DNA of 50,546 bases from a virus. This document shows, one piece after another, positions 1-9,667 of this stretch. The notes below the pieces were generated by a model, which saw only the letters and a list, made by a program, of their open reading frames with translations, did not search any database and was not told where the DNA came from. Position numbers and translations under genes: made by a program. The stretch is taken from IMG/VR virus record IMGVR_UViG_3300014864_000003. The stretch is one strand, 5' to 3'. Position 1 is the first letter of the stretch. Each line of letters opens with the position of its first letter.

Positions 1-123
1 ATCCGTCAGCCACACCGCGCAGCGCCCCGCCGGGGTGGCCACCTTGTTTTCCGCTGATGTCGGCGCCTTGGCGTGCAGCGCCGTAACGTGAGACGGGTAT
101 ACGGCGACTTCGCCGCCATCCGC
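1..123. repeat. Direct terminal repeat copy 1 (exact copy of 50424-50546)
   Basis: Manual base-by-base comparison gives 123/123 identity to the last 123 nt of the window. It lies in a non-coding gap of the late strand. Confidence 0.95.
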
Positions 124-173
124 CCGATGTAACAATATGAGCATCGCAGCGACGAGGATCGTGTCCATCGCCC

Positions 174-650
174 TCAGAACGGCTGCCTAAAATAAGCGCG
201 CAGATCGACACCGCCCAACCCTCTTCCGGGTCGCAGCGATGTCCCGCCCGACACGTCAATCGGCAGATCCGGCAGATTGTATCCCCCCTGCACGCTCAAC
301 GGCTGAGAGGTCTGCCCGAACCGCTTTCCCATCGAGTACCCGCCGCCCGTCAACTGAACCGGCAGTTCGCCCCGGGTCGGAACGGCACGCAGGTTCACCG
401 GCGTGCTGGGTTGGTCACTTCCCAGGTATCCACCGCTAGGGGCAGGGAGATCGAACGGACTGGGCGGCGGAACGCCCGGGGTCACGGGAGACGGTGCGAC
501 CTCCGGCGCGATCGGCGGGCGCTGCAGGAACTGCGCTTGCTCGTCGGGCGCGATCGGTTGTTGACCGGGCGTTAAGTTCAACTGTCCTTGAGCGGCCAGC
601 CGCTGCCGGACAAAAGCCTGCATCGCGGCTTGCTCTTCCTGCGGGGTCAT
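174..650 (-). CDS. Hypothetical Pro/Gly-rich protein (158 aa), head-module position
   Basis: ATG at 650 overlaps the TGA of the upstream small ORF (ATGA coupling). It lies between the portal and scaffold-position genes on the late strand. No recognisable motif. Confidence 0.6.
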   Translation of the reverse strand: MTPQEEQAAMQAFVRQRLAAQGQLNLTPGQQPIAPDEQAQFLQRPPIAPEVAPSPVTPGVPPPSPFDLPAPSGGYLGSDQPSTPVNLRAVPTRGELPVQLTGGGYSMGKRFGQTSQPLSVQGGYNLPDLPIDVSGGTSLRPGRGLGGVDLRAYFRQPF

Positions 651-802
651 GGCTTTCTTTTCAGCTCCTCGGCCACGTCGATCTCAGCCTCGGCCTTATC
701 CCAGAAATACTGGTCCTGACCCTCCGGCCGACCAGCCTGGTCCCACATGTGATAGGCCAGCTCGCGGATGCGCTCTTCGCGCGGGGTCATGTCGCCTCGC
801 AT
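647..802 (-). CDS. Small DUF2934-like protein (51 aa)
   Basis: Below the ORF-track size cut-off, so translated by hand: MRGDMTPREERIRELAYHMWDQAGRPEGQDQYFWDKAEAEIDVAEELKRKP. There is a GGAGGG SD about 8 nt before ATG 802 and ATGA coupling to the next ORF. The IRE.AY..W...GRPEG.D..W..AE pattern matches DUF2934 as I remember it. Confidence 0.6.
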   Translation of the reverse strand: MRGDMTPREERIRELAYHMWDQAGRPEGQDQYFWDKAEAEIDVAEELKRKP

Positions 803-816
803 AGGTCAGCCCTCCG

Positions 817-3123
817 TCACGGCGTCGGCATCCCGGGTCTTCCCATCGAGCCGCGCGGCATACCGCCGCCAAGACCCGGACGGTTGCCGTTTCGGCCGTA
901 GACCTGCAGCGGCGGCACCCGCGGTCCCAAAGAGCCCCCGGTCACGTCGCCCGAGAGCGCATTGGTGGCGCCGGCCGGGCCTTGCGCGTTGGGATCGGCC
1001 TCGGGACCAGGCGGGCGCGGGGGACCACGACCGGCGCCCTCGGGACCACCCTCGGGAGGCGGTGCGCCAGGCGGCGCCGGCGGCTGCGCCATCAGCTGGT
1101 TGAGCGCCTCCATACTGGGGACGCCCTCGGCGAAGGCTTCGCCCAGATCCAGGCTCTCGCCCATCCGGCGGATCAGTTGCCTGGCCAACCACTCCGGCGA
1201 GATCCCCGGGATGCGCTGCAGAAGCGGGACCAATTGGGTCAACATCTGCACGTCTTCCTGCCGGTCCGGCGGGCCGTTGGCGCCGACATCGACCTCCAGC
1301 CAGACGTTCTCGGCGACCGATTGCTTGTCGAGCATCGGCCACACCGCGCCCGGGCCGACGACTTTCTGCACGGTCTCTTGGGAGACGTTGAGCACCAAGA
1401 TCTGGCTGGCGGCGATCGCCAGTTCAGTCATCACGTCGTTGATGTCGTCGATCGTCGAGGTGAGGTCGGTGTTCTGAGAGAACTGCGCCACCGAGACTTC
1501 GGTCGCGGTGGCCCCGGCGGTGGTGCCGTTGTCAGCCTGGTCGGACCCCAGGACCCGAAGGACATCCTCAAAAACCGGACCCGTATCGTATACCGCCGCG
1601 TCAATCGGCGGCATGTGGATGACCTGCAGCACGTCGTCGATTTTCTGTCCCGGGGCCAGGGCATTGAGTTCCAGAAGCGCATTAGCGGGGTGAGTTCGGA
1701 GCTTCTCAAGATCGGGCTCCTCCAAAAGACCCGCCGCCACCGCGGTCTTCGGGCGGTTGGCCCGGCGGTGCTCGCGCAAGCCCTGGCGGGCGCGGTTGAG
1801 TTCGAGCTGCATGTCCCGCACCAGGTCGATGTCCGACTGCGGGAAAAGGGTCTTCTCGTCGTAACCCTCATTGAGGACGATCGAGAACCACGGCCAGAAC
1901 CGGGTGGTCTGGGTCTCCGGGGGTCCGGGTTCCTGCAGGAAATCCGGGTAACCGTCGCAAACGACATAGACACTGGCGTCCTTGCGGTTCCAGATTTCCC
2001 AGACGCAGGCGAGGGAAGGGGAGATGCCGTCACCATCGCCACCGCCGGCAGAGTAGTGGTGCTCGACGCCGGGCTCGTACCCGGTGATCTGACCCTGCTC
2101 GTTGTAGGCGATAAAACCGTGCCCAACGTCCACCATGTAGACTTCTTCGATCTCGTCCGGGGTTAAGAGATACTCCTGCGCCACCCAGTCGGCGCCAAGA
2201 AAGCCGCGGAGCGTCCGGCAGCGGGGATCGGGGATGATCGCGGTGGTGTCGGGATAGTCGAAGGTCAGCCCTTCCCGGACCACCAATTGCCCTTCCTGGG
2301 CCAAGCTCTGGATCGCGATCCGCAGGCTCTCGGCGTCGGCGCTGTCGCCCTCTATCTCGTTGTCCGAAAGATCGCCGGCCAGGCGCTCGATGTTGGCCAG
2401 GCGCTCGGACATATCGGCGATCCGGTTCTCGACCTCGGGCGACATCGCCATCGCCCGCTGAAACCCTAATTTGACATAACCGACACCAGTGACGATCGCC
2501 CGCCGGATCGTCAACTTCATCGACTGCTTGAACGAGTGGTTCTGCTCCTGGATGTTGTACTCGTAGAGCAGTTCTAAAGTACGCCCAACCTTGGCAGTGA
2601 TCTGGTCGAACTGTTTGACGGTGGCGGCGTCCTGCAGGACGGCAAGCGCGTTGGGGTCAGGCGGCAGCATATACTGGGTAGCCAGCGCCATCTGCTGCTG
2701 CGCCATCATCAGCTGCTGCTCCGAGCCGTCCCACACCGTGGCAATGAGTTTCGGCTTGGACTTCGCCTGCATCGTCGGGTTGTTCGGGTAGAGTTCGGCG
2801 GTACGCTGCAAAACGTGCCGGATGCAGATATTGGCGACGTAGCGGTCGTCGCGCTTCTCGGTGGAGACGAGGTCCGGCCACTGCCGGCCCTCGCAAAACG
2901 ACATATTCTCGCGCATCCGCCGAAACGGTTGCCGCCAGTGCCGCTTGGCGCGCTTGACCCGGTCTTGCCAGCGGTTGACGAGCTTGCGCCGCGGCTCCTC
3001 GGGCTCGGGCCGGTTGCGATTGACGAAGGTTTGGTCCTGGGTGACGAGCTGCCCGGGGTCGAGTGGTCCCGGGACCATCTGCGGCCCCGGCGAACCCAGT
3101 ATAGGGGCTCCAAAATCGGACAT
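817..3123 (-). CDS. Portal (head-tail connector) protein, 768 aa
   Basis: Large ORF just downstream of the large terminase. Its size, position ahead of the scaffold/capsid genes and Gly/Pro-rich C-terminal tail fit a podovirus portal. No search was run. Confidence 0.8.
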   Translation of the reverse strand: MSDFGAPILGSPGPQMVPGPLDPGQLVTQDQTFVNRNRPEPEEPRRKLVNRWQDRVKRAKRHWRQPFRRMRENMSFCEGRQWPDLVSTEKRDDRYVANICIRHVLQRTAELYPNNPTMQAKSKPKLIATVWDGSEQQLMMAQQQMALATQYMLPPDPNALAVLQDAATVKQFDQITAKVGRTLELLYEYNIQEQNHSFKQSMKLTIRRAIVTGVGYVKLGFQRAMAMSPEVENRIADMSERLANIERLAGDLSDNEIEGDSADAESLRIAIQSLAQEGQLVVREGLTFDYPDTTAIIPDPRCRTLRGFLGADWVAQEYLLTPDEIEEVYMVDVGHGFIAYNEQGQITGYEPGVEHHYSAGGGDGDGISPSLACVWEIWNRKDASVYVVCDGYPDFLQEPGPPETQTTRFWPWFSIVLNEGYDEKTLFPQSDIDLVRDMQLELNRARQGLREHRRANRPKTAVAAGLLEEPDLEKLRTHPANALLELNALAPGQKIDDVLQVIHMPPIDAAVYDTGPVFEDVLRVLGSDQADNGTTAGATATEVSVAQFSQNTDLTSTIDDINDVMTELAIAASQILVLNVSQETVQKVVGPGAVWPMLDKQSVAENVWLEVDVGANGPPDRQEDVQMLTQLVPLLQRIPGISPEWLARQLIRRMGESLDLGEAFAEGVPSMEALNQLMAQPPAPPGAPPPEGGPEGAGRGPPRPPGPEADPNAQGPAGATNALSGDVTGGSLGPRVPPLQVYGRNGNRPGLGGGMPRGSMGRPGMPTP

Positions 3124-3139
3124 ATTTTTGAGCCCTTGA

Positions 3140-3310
3140 CTATCGTATCGGTGCCCCGAAAACGCCCCACCCGAGGAGCCCGATCAGGATGAAAAACACC
3201 AGGGAAAACGGCCCAAAAGGCTGCAATATCGTCTGATTTCGCCAGTACCAGCCGCCGCTGAAGACGATCGAGATGACGAAGAAAATCCAAAACCAGATGG
3301 CTGCGCTCAT
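3140..3310 (-). CDS. Small membrane protein, 2 predicted TM segments (56 aa)
   Basis: Hand translation: MSAAIWFWIFFVISIVFSGGWYWRNQTILQPFGPFSLVFFILIGLLGWGVFGAPIR. The ATG overlaps the terL stop (TGATG). There are two hydrophobic stretches. A holin-like role is only a guess. Confidence 0.55.
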   Translation of the reverse strand: MSAAIWFWIFFVISIVFSGGWYWRNQTILQPFGPFSLVFFILIGLLGWGVFGAPIR

Positions 3311-4881
3311 CACCAACCTCCCGAGGCATAGCCCAGTTTCACGCTGCGCTCGGCCTGGTCACGCTGCATTTTGAGCCAGGCGTAGGTGTTTTCGGCCGGT
3401 TTGTCGGCCTCCGGGTCCTTGGGTACGCTGGCCCCGACCTGCAAGGTCAGACCGAGGCCGATATAGGCCAGGGTATCGACAAAATCGTCGTGCGCGTCGT
3501 AGGGGAACTTCAGCATCTGGTCCCGCGCCGCGGGCCACCAGGGCGCCCTCTCGGGAAACCTGACCCGGTTCATCGAAAGACGACCCTGAATGCTCTGCGC
3601 GCGGGTTTGCTTGTCGGCGATCGGCTGCATCTCGATCAGCGAGCAAAAAGTGTGGGTTTCCAGCATCCGCTTGCGCAGGAATGGCCCGATCGATTTGCTG
3701 ATATGACCGCGCTCGGCCCACCAAAACAAAGGCTTATGGGCCTTCATCATGCGCAACATGCTCTCGACCGTCTGCTCGGCGTTCATCTGCCGCCAGACAA
3801 GATCGGGCAAGACCCAAATCAGATCATTTTGATCGATCCCGACCACCATCAGGCAGGTCTTGTCGCTGCCCTGTTTCAGGGCGACCGCGTGGTCGGAAGC
3901 GGCGTAGCAACGCAAGGAAGAGGGTAAATCGTTCGGACGATAAGTATGGAGCCAGTCGACCGAGAAAAACGTGCCGCCGGCCGGGCTGGGACGCCCTTGG
4001 TATAGTGCCGAAAACCCCCGCACGTCGCGGCGCTGCAGGGCTTGGAGATAGGTCTTGCCAAATCGTCCGGGCCACAGGGGCTCCCCCACCTCGCGCTTCA
4101 GGGGGTCCTTGCCGTCGTCGAACGCCAACGCCGGTAGATCGATGATCCTCCACTCGGCGGCCTCCTCCGGGTCGTAATAGCTGTTATGGGGGTCGGTTAA
4201 TCTGCCGATCAGATCGTCCTGATGCCATCGGGTCTGGATCAACATGATCCGGCCGGTCTCGTCCATCAGCCGCGAGGCGATGACCTGGGTAAACCAGGTC
4301 CACAGCGTGTCCCGGATGGTCGGGCTGTCGGCTTCCATACGGTCTTTTATCGGGTCGTCGATCACCAGGAGATCACCGCCACGGCCGGTGGTGGTGCCGC
4401 CGCGGCCGACAAAGGCCAAAATGCCGCCCTCGGTAGTCTCCAAGCGGTCGGAGGCTTTGCTATCGTCCTTCAGCCCGGTGCGCGGGAAGATTTGGGCGTA
4501 AGCCGGCATCAGCATGATGTCGCGCACGGCGCGGCCGATATCCTGGCTAAACTTCTCGTTATAAGTGCCGAAAATGACCGATTTATCGGGGTTTTTCCCG
4601 CTAAACCAGGCGGTGAACATCTTTGACGCGAGCTGGGTTTTGCCGTGCCGGGGCGGCAAATTGATGATCAACCGCCTGATCCGGCCAATTTCCAGCTCTT
4701 CCAGGGCGGCGCACATGACTGCATGGAACCGCTGCACCTCGTAACGCGAGTGATCGGGGTCGTCCGGGTACCGCGGCGAGGGCATCATCAGGCGGGTAAA
4801 GGCGAGCATCGAGGTTTCGGCCTCGGTGACCGCAATCAACCGCTTGAGAACGCCCTCGTACCGGGCAAGATCGGGCGACAT
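3310..4881 (-). CDS. terL: Terminase large subunit (523 aa)
   Basis: Walker A-like NLPPRHGKTQ, Walker B-like DLLVIDDP, and a C-terminal nuclease-type acidic region (YAASDHAV ... DAHDDFVDTL). It sits directly upstream of the portal. Confidence 0.9.
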   Translation of the reverse strand: MSPDLARYEGVLKRLIAVTEAETSMLAFTRLMMPSPRYPDDPDHSRYEVQRFHAVMCAALEELEIGRIRRLIINLPPRHGKTQLASKMFTAWFSGKNPDKSVIFGTYNEKFSQDIGRAVRDIMLMPAYAQIFPRTGLKDDSKASDRLETTEGGILAFVGRGGTTTGRGGDLLVIDDPIKDRMEADSPTIRDTLWTWFTQVIASRLMDETGRIMLIQTRWHQDDLIGRLTDPHNSYYDPEEAAEWRIIDLPALAFDDGKDPLKREVGEPLWPGRFGKTYLQALQRRDVRGFSALYQGRPSPAGGTFFSVDWLHTYRPNDLPSSLRCYAASDHAVALKQGSDKTCLMVVGIDQNDLIWVLPDLVWRQMNAEQTVESMLRMMKAHKPLFWWAERGHISKSIGPFLRKRMLETHTFCSLIEMQPIADKQTRAQSIQGRLSMNRVRFPERAPWWPAARDQMLKFPYDAHDDFVDTLAYIGLGLTLQVGASVPKDPEADKPAENTYAWLKMQRDQAERSVKLGYASGGW

Positions 4882-4887
4882 CGAGGA

Positions 4888-5205
4888 CTATTTCCGCTTG
4901 TCGTCCGTCTTGGGGTCCTCGGTCCTGGTCCCGGACGGTGGCGTCGAGGTGCGGGCAGCGGTCCCGGCCGGTGCGGTCGCCCCCATCTGGACGACCGTGC
5001 CTTCCAGCCCGCCGACAAACATCACCGGTGCCGCGCCATCAACCGGCACCTGGATGTAAATCTCGCCGGCCGCGAGAGAACCCGCCACCGGGGGCGAAAA
5101 ACCGATGCGATAGGTGCCCTGCAGGCTGACAGCTTCAAGGTTAGGCTCGGGAGGCGTCTCTTGCGGGGTGGGTTCCGCGACAGGAGTGGGTTTCGGGTCA
5201 CTCAT
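4888..5205 (-). CDS. Hypothetical protein (105 aa)
   Basis: AGGAG SD 8 nt upstream of ATG 5205. It lies between the last tailspike and terL. Pro/Thr-rich ends, no motif; a small-terminase role cannot be supported. Confidence 0.5.
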   Translation of the reverse strand: MSDPKPTPVAEPTPQETPPEPNLEAVSLQGTYRIGFSPPVAGSLAAGEIYIQVPVDGAAPVMFVGGLEGTVVQMGATAPAGTAARTSTPPSGTRTEDPKTDDKRK

Positions 5206-5253
5206 CACTTGATCTCCTTCTTCCTAGTACGATCGCTCGTTTCATCACTCCAT

Positions 5254-7050
5254 TCACGGCAGGCGATAGCTGCCGCTACAATTCAATTCTGACGTATCGG
5301 TAAAATTGGCGTCAGTTATCGCGCTTACCCCGGTAATGGTCGGCACGACCAGAGTAATTTTGCCGCTATCCAATACCACGACCCCACTTAGTGCGCCGGG
5401 CATCCCGGCCATATAATTATAATAACCGCATTTTACAGTACCTTGAGCTAACGTAAGCAACGACGAGTACGGCAACCCTATTATCGTTGCCTCGCCGACA
5501 GACGAACCTTTAGCGGTAAGAGTTATTCTCAAATCAAACGACGCCACTTTATTTGTCACATTAAAGTTGCCGTAGTTCGTGAATGCCATGCCGACACTAG
5601 TGTCGCCAAACTTGAGCGACGGTGTCCATGTGGTGTTTAATTCCACATCGTTCTTGATGCCCGCGTTATTTATCACCGGCGGATTTGTGTCAATGCTCTT
5701 GAAGGCATTTCTGCCAACCACCCAGTTAAACGTGTCTACACCCAGGACCACTGCGCTAGTAAGTCTCACGAACGAGTTTCCGACGATCGTGCTGGCGTTC
5801 TCTACTATCGACTTATCCGCGATGATCCCGACCGAGTTGATCGGAGGGTAGGTGGCGCTGATAAACGTGTTGTTCGATATATCGATTATCTGAGCAAAGG
5901 CTAAATAAATGCCGGCCTTGTTAACAGCAGGGTAAAAAAGACAGTTGCTGATCAAAACATGGACGATCTCACCCAGCAACTTGATGCCGTGATCGGCGGT
6001 GTTGAACTGGCTATTGGATATCGAAAGCAAATCCCCCGCGGTCGTCTCCGGGAACACATCAACATTGTAAACAGCGATATTGCCACCGGTAAAGTTCGCA
6101 TTTACTATGGTAACCCCTTGCACATGGCGGCCATAAGTAAACCCAATATCCAAATCAAAAAAACCCATGTTCACCATGTTCAGGACGATGCCGTAAACCG
6201 TTGTGCTGGGTATTCCCTCAAATTTAATCCCCCGGCCTAGGTTAAACCCGGCGCCGGAGATATCGGTATCCGAAATATCGACAACCGAAATCCCCGTGGT
6301 AATGATCGCGTCTGTCCAATAGTGGAGGTTGGCTTCATAAAGGGCGATACGATCATCGCCGGCGAACCAAAGGTTTTTTAAGATATTATGGTTGCCCATA
6401 CTGCCGCCGAACGCCCCGGCATTAACGATCTCGATCCCGGTGCCGCCGCCGGCTTGGCTTGTCGTAAAGGAAAGATCCGCGATGTATACCGAGCCTGGCT
6501 GGCTATAAGCAGTGATTTTAAGACCGCCATTGGCATTCGGCCAGTTGAGAGTTGCCCTCTGATGTCCACCATCTCCCTTAAAGCAAAATCCACCCGTTGC
6601 GGGCATGTCTACGGTTATTCGCGAATTGAGCTTGTAGGTTCCAGGCGGAATATAAACACAATTTTTAGACGATGTAGCTACGTTAGCGGCGAGTTGAATG
6701 GCGGGCGCGCTGTCGGCCGATCCGCTGGGATCGGCTCCGAACTGGCGGATATCCATATCCCCGGCGGGGTGAACAGCAATCCAGCACTTGCCGTCAGCAC
6801 TGGGAACTTGCGAACCGCCATTACCGCCCGGTATCGGGCAAGCCGCGTTAGAACCCCGAAAAAACAGCGGTGGGGCACCGAAATTGGCGGCGAAGTCGTT
6901 GCGATAGACCCCCTCCGGGTAAGCCGTGGTCGCTGCCGCCGAAAGCGCGGCATTATGTGCAACATGGATGCGCGGCTGCGGGTTGGGGACCTGCTGTGCG
7001 TAAGCCGGCCAGCAGAGCAAGAGCCCGAGCAAGAAAGCCAAGGTTCTCAT
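5254..7050 (-). CDS. Tailspike-like beta-helix protein with signal-peptide-like N-terminus (598 aa)
   Basis: ORF 5254-7092 trimmed to ATG 7050 (ATGA overlap with the upstream stop). The N-terminus reads MRTLAFLLGLLLCWPAYA/QQ. N/G/I/V-rich repetitive strands are typical of right-handed beta-helix depolymerases. Confidence 0.7.
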   Translation of the reverse strand: MRTLAFLLGLLLCWPAYAQQVPNPQPRIHVAHNAALSAAATTAYPEGVYRNDFAANFGAPPLFFRGSNAACPIPGGNGGSQVPSADGKCWIAVHPAGDMDIRQFGADPSGSADSAPAIQLAANVATSSKNCVYIPPGTYKLNSRITVDMPATGGFCFKGDGGHQRATLNWPNANGGLKITAYSQPGSVYIADLSFTTSQAGGGTGIEIVNAGAFGGSMGNHNILKNLWFAGDDRIALYEANLHYWTDAIITTGISVVDISDTDISGAGFNLGRGIKFEGIPSTTVYGIVLNMVNMGFFDLDIGFTYGRHVQGVTIVNANFTGGNIAVYNVDVFPETTAGDLLSISNSQFNTADHGIKLLGEIVHVLISNCLFYPAVNKAGIYLAFAQIIDISNNTFISATYPPINSVGIIADKSIVENASTIVGNSFVRLTSAVVLGVDTFNWVVGRNAFKSIDTNPPVINNAGIKNDVELNTTWTPSLKFGDTSVGMAFTNYGNFNVTNKVASFDLRITLTAKGSSVGEATIIGLPYSSLLTLAQGTVKCGYYNYMAGMPGALSGVVVLDSGKITLVVPTITGVSAITDANFTDTSELNCSGSYRLP

Positions 7051-7445
7051 GTCTGCACCCACTGCGCGCCAGTGAAAACCAGGTCGACCCAACTGAAGTT
7101 GTATTGCAGGACCAGGCTGACCTGACCTTCGATCGCCGGGCCAGCGCCCGTGATGGTGACCCGGTAAGTCCCGGCGTTGCCGTAGGTATCCTTGAGGGTG
7201 ATCTCCTGGCTGGCGACCGGGGAAGCCGGCAAGGTGATCGTGATCGGCGCGTTGGTGCCGTTCTCGACCCGGACAAACCCGGCAAAACCCGCCGGTAAAG
7301 CGGTCGTTGCGCTAACCACCATCATCGGCTGGACGAAACCGCTGGTCCCGGTGACCCATTTGGTCCCATCCCAGACCCAGCTGAGCCCGGCCGCGGTATA
7401 AACCTGGCCGCCAGTCGGGGAGTTGGGGAAATCGAGGGAGGTCAT
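7047..7445 (-). CDS. Tail fibre N-terminal-domain protein (132 aa)
   Basis: Trimmed to ATG 7445 (TAATG overlap). MTSLDFPNSPTGGQVYTAAGLSWVWDGTKWV resembles the FP..P..GQ...W.WDG..W motif common at phage tail fibre N-termini. Confidence 0.65.
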   Translation of the reverse strand: MTSLDFPNSPTGGQVYTAAGLSWVWDGTKWVTGTSGFVQPMMVVSATTALPAGFAGFVRVENGTNAPITITLPASPVASQEITLKDTYGNAGTYRVTITGAGPAIEGQVSLVLQYNFSWVDLVFTGAQWVQT

Positions 7446-9667
7446 TATCTCTGAACCCACTGCATCAGGCACTTGAACCGACCGCGGATGCTGCTGTTGT
7501 TCAGCAGGTTTGCGTCAGTGACCCACGTCCCGCCCGTCGCGTTGCCCTGCATCACATAAATCACCGGGCTGTTGTTGGTCTGAAAGAAATACGGCATGCC
7601 CGTCAACCCGGCTGCCGGCGTCACCTCCGCCAGCGACAGCCCCGATCCACTGACAGCATCGCCGCAGGCATACGGTAATCCGGCAATCTCGACATGCCCG
7701 GAGCCGCCGCCCTTGGCGGACAGGAACAAGTTGAAATCCGCCTCGACATAAGGCCACTGCTTGTGCGCAAAGCCTTGCTGCGCCACATACGCCGCCCCCG
7801 GCGCCGCAACCCCACCGATCCTCAAAGCCGGGGTCCAGCCGTTCCGCACATCGTTAAACGGCGAGCCCACCGCCAACGTGGTGCCCGGCGCCACCCGCGT
7901 GTTGACAAACGCGACGTTGTAGTTCTGCGGGTAAACATCGGTCCACGGCATCATCCCGCTGATGTACTTACGACCGGCTCCGGTGTAAATCGCGATACCA
8001 CCCGACTGCGATGCGCACCCCCCACTACAAGCGCCAAACATATTTGCCAACTGGCTCTCGGCAGCGCCCTGCAAACTGGCAACAATAAACGGGGCGCCGT
8101 ATGGCTCGCGGATATGCACTCCGCTGATCGAATTAACGCCGGCGGACGCCTTGTCCACCAGCATCAAACTGTTGCCGCCGCCCTCGCCGCCGACCCAGCT
8201 GCTCAACCGCGCGCTGCCGTCCCAATACATGCACACCCGGCTCGGCATGTGCTCGTTCAGCGCGTCGCAGCCAAAACTGGTGAATATGCTCCAGATCGCG
8301 TTATTTCCGAGATACGCCCCAATCTTCCAGCCGTGCTGAAACACATCGGTAAAGTGCATCTCGTCGCTGTTGGTGACGCTGATAAATGTTTCCAGCGGGC
8401 CGTAGACGGCGTCCAGCGCCACCGTGCCGCCACTGGTGTAGGCGCCGTTGGTGAAACTCAGCGCCACGCCCGTGCCCGCTGCCGTCGCCGGCTGCGACAG
8501 CCACAGCCCCGGCTTGTGCGGGTCGATCGTCCGAACCGTGGTGCCGCCCGGGATGCCGGCTCCCGTCACACCTTGACCCGGCCAGATGCCGGCAAGGCTC
8601 GCAGTCGCGACAAACGTCTCGCCCAGGTTCCAGGTGCCCGTCGTGGCAGGGCCGGCGTAGACACTGCCCTGGAGATCGATGTGGGTGCCGTCAACTACCG
8701 TGGCCGTCCAATCGCCATTGGCGCCCGCCATGCCACCCACCAGCCGTACCCCGACCGGGTTGCCGGTAGCCAGGATGTTCGTCTTGTTCACGGTCAGCCG
8801 GATGGCCCCGCTGCCGTTGTTGGCAACGCCGCTTACCGTCAGGTACTCGCCGGCGTAGCCGTTCGGGTCGTTGCCCGGGAAATACGCCCAGCCGTGCACG
8901 TCGGTAACGTGCGCAATGTCGTGGATCTCGTTGAAGTACAGCCCGTTCTTGCAGTGCAGCCGGACGTGTCGGATATACGGGCGGCTATGCCAGTGCCCAT
9001 CGGTGCGGACACACCAGTTGAACCCGACAATGAACACATCGTCGATCTGCGTGTCGTCGGTGCCGTTGGTGATCGCCGTGCCGGAGAAGGCACTGACCTG
9101 GGCGAAGGTGTCCTGCAAGCTCGTCGGATAAGTCAGGCCGCGCTTGAAGATCGCCAGGCTTCTGATTACCCCGTAATTGTTGATCGTCCTGGCCGGATCG
9201 AGCCGGATTGCCGGCTGGTCGATGTCAACACCCTTGCCCCCCGGTCCCGGCGGCGGGCCAGTTCTGGACTGCATCCGGGGAGGACTTGCCATCTCAAGGC
9301 TGCACCCCGCCGGAACCGTCAGGTCGGCGGCGATGACGGCGTACTGCCGCGGCGGCAGGATCACCCGGCCGCCAGCCGCGTTACCGCAATCGGTCAGGCT
9401 GGCGTTAATCTGAGCCGCCGCGTCACTCGTGCCGTCTGTCGGCGCATTATGATCCTTAACCGGGTCGTAAGTGCCGACGCCAAGATTGATGCGGGCCTGC
9501 GGCAACTGCGCGTTCGCCGCGTCCCGCGCCATCGCACCTAAATTGTACAAGGCTGCCGGTAACTCGGCATTACGCGCGTCCTGGTACATATCGGCCGCCG
9601 CCGGCAGGCTCGCCAGCAGTGCCAGCCCTTCGACGGCGCTCAGGATTAGGGCCAGGGCGCGGGTCAT
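7445..9667 (-). CDS. Tailspike, pectate-lyase-superfamily-like (740 aa)
   Basis: Hydrophobic N-terminus, then two NA.LP.A..NLG fibre-type motifs. These are followed by DGTSDAAAQINASLTDCGNAAGGRVILPPRQY, which resembles the start of beta-helix tailspike domains. Confidence 0.7.
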   Translation of the reverse strand: MTRALALILSAVEGLALLASLPAAADMYQDARNAELPAALYNLGAMARDAANAQLPQARINLGVGTYDPVKDHNAPTDGTSDAAAQINASLTDCGNAAGGRVILPPRQYAVIAADLTVPAGCSLEMASPPRMQSRTGPPPGPGGKGVDIDQPAIRLDPARTINNYGVIRSLAIFKRGLTYPTSLQDTFAQVSAFSGTAITNGTDDTQIDDVFIVGFNWCVRTDGHWHSRPYIRHVRLHCKNGLYFNEIHDIAHVTDVHGWAYFPGNDPNGYAGEYLTVSGVANNGSGAIRLTVNKTNILATGNPVGVRLVGGMAGANGDWTATVVDGTHIDLQGSVYAGPATTGTWNLGETFVATASLAGIWPGQGVTGAGIPGGTTVRTIDPHKPGLWLSQPATAAGTGVALSFTNGAYTSGGTVALDAVYGPLETFISVTNSDEMHFTDVFQHGWKIGAYLGNNAIWSIFTSFGCDALNEHMPSRVCMYWDGSARLSSWVGGEGGGNSLMLVDKASAGVNSISGVHIREPYGAPFIVASLQGAAESQLANMFGACSGGCASQSGGIAIYTGAGRKYISGMMPWTDVYPQNYNVAFVNTRVAPGTTLAVGSPFNDVRNGWTPALRIGGVAAPGAAYVAQQGFAHKQWPYVEADFNLFLSAKGGGSGHVEIAGLPYACGDAVSGSGLSLAEVTPAAGLTGMPYFFQTNNSPVIYVMQGNATGGTWVTDANLLNNSSIRGRFKCLMQWVQR

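Noticed and set aside
1-123. Terminal repeat as an LTR or IS end
   Set aside because: The repeat is direct, lies exactly at the two window ends, has no associated transposase, and the gene order is continuous across the junction. Genome closure is the simpler explanation.
982-2166. Long antisense or alternative-frame ORFs throughout, for example 982-2166 (+), 7694-9541 (+), 25807-26934 (-), 26597-28006 (-), 36328-37377 (+), 42610-43788 (+)
   Set aside because: These are shadow ORFs typical of stop-poor GC-rich DNA. They give Arg/Pro/Gly/Ala-rich nonsense translations, have no SD or coupling, and each lies opposite or overlapping a motif-bearing gene.
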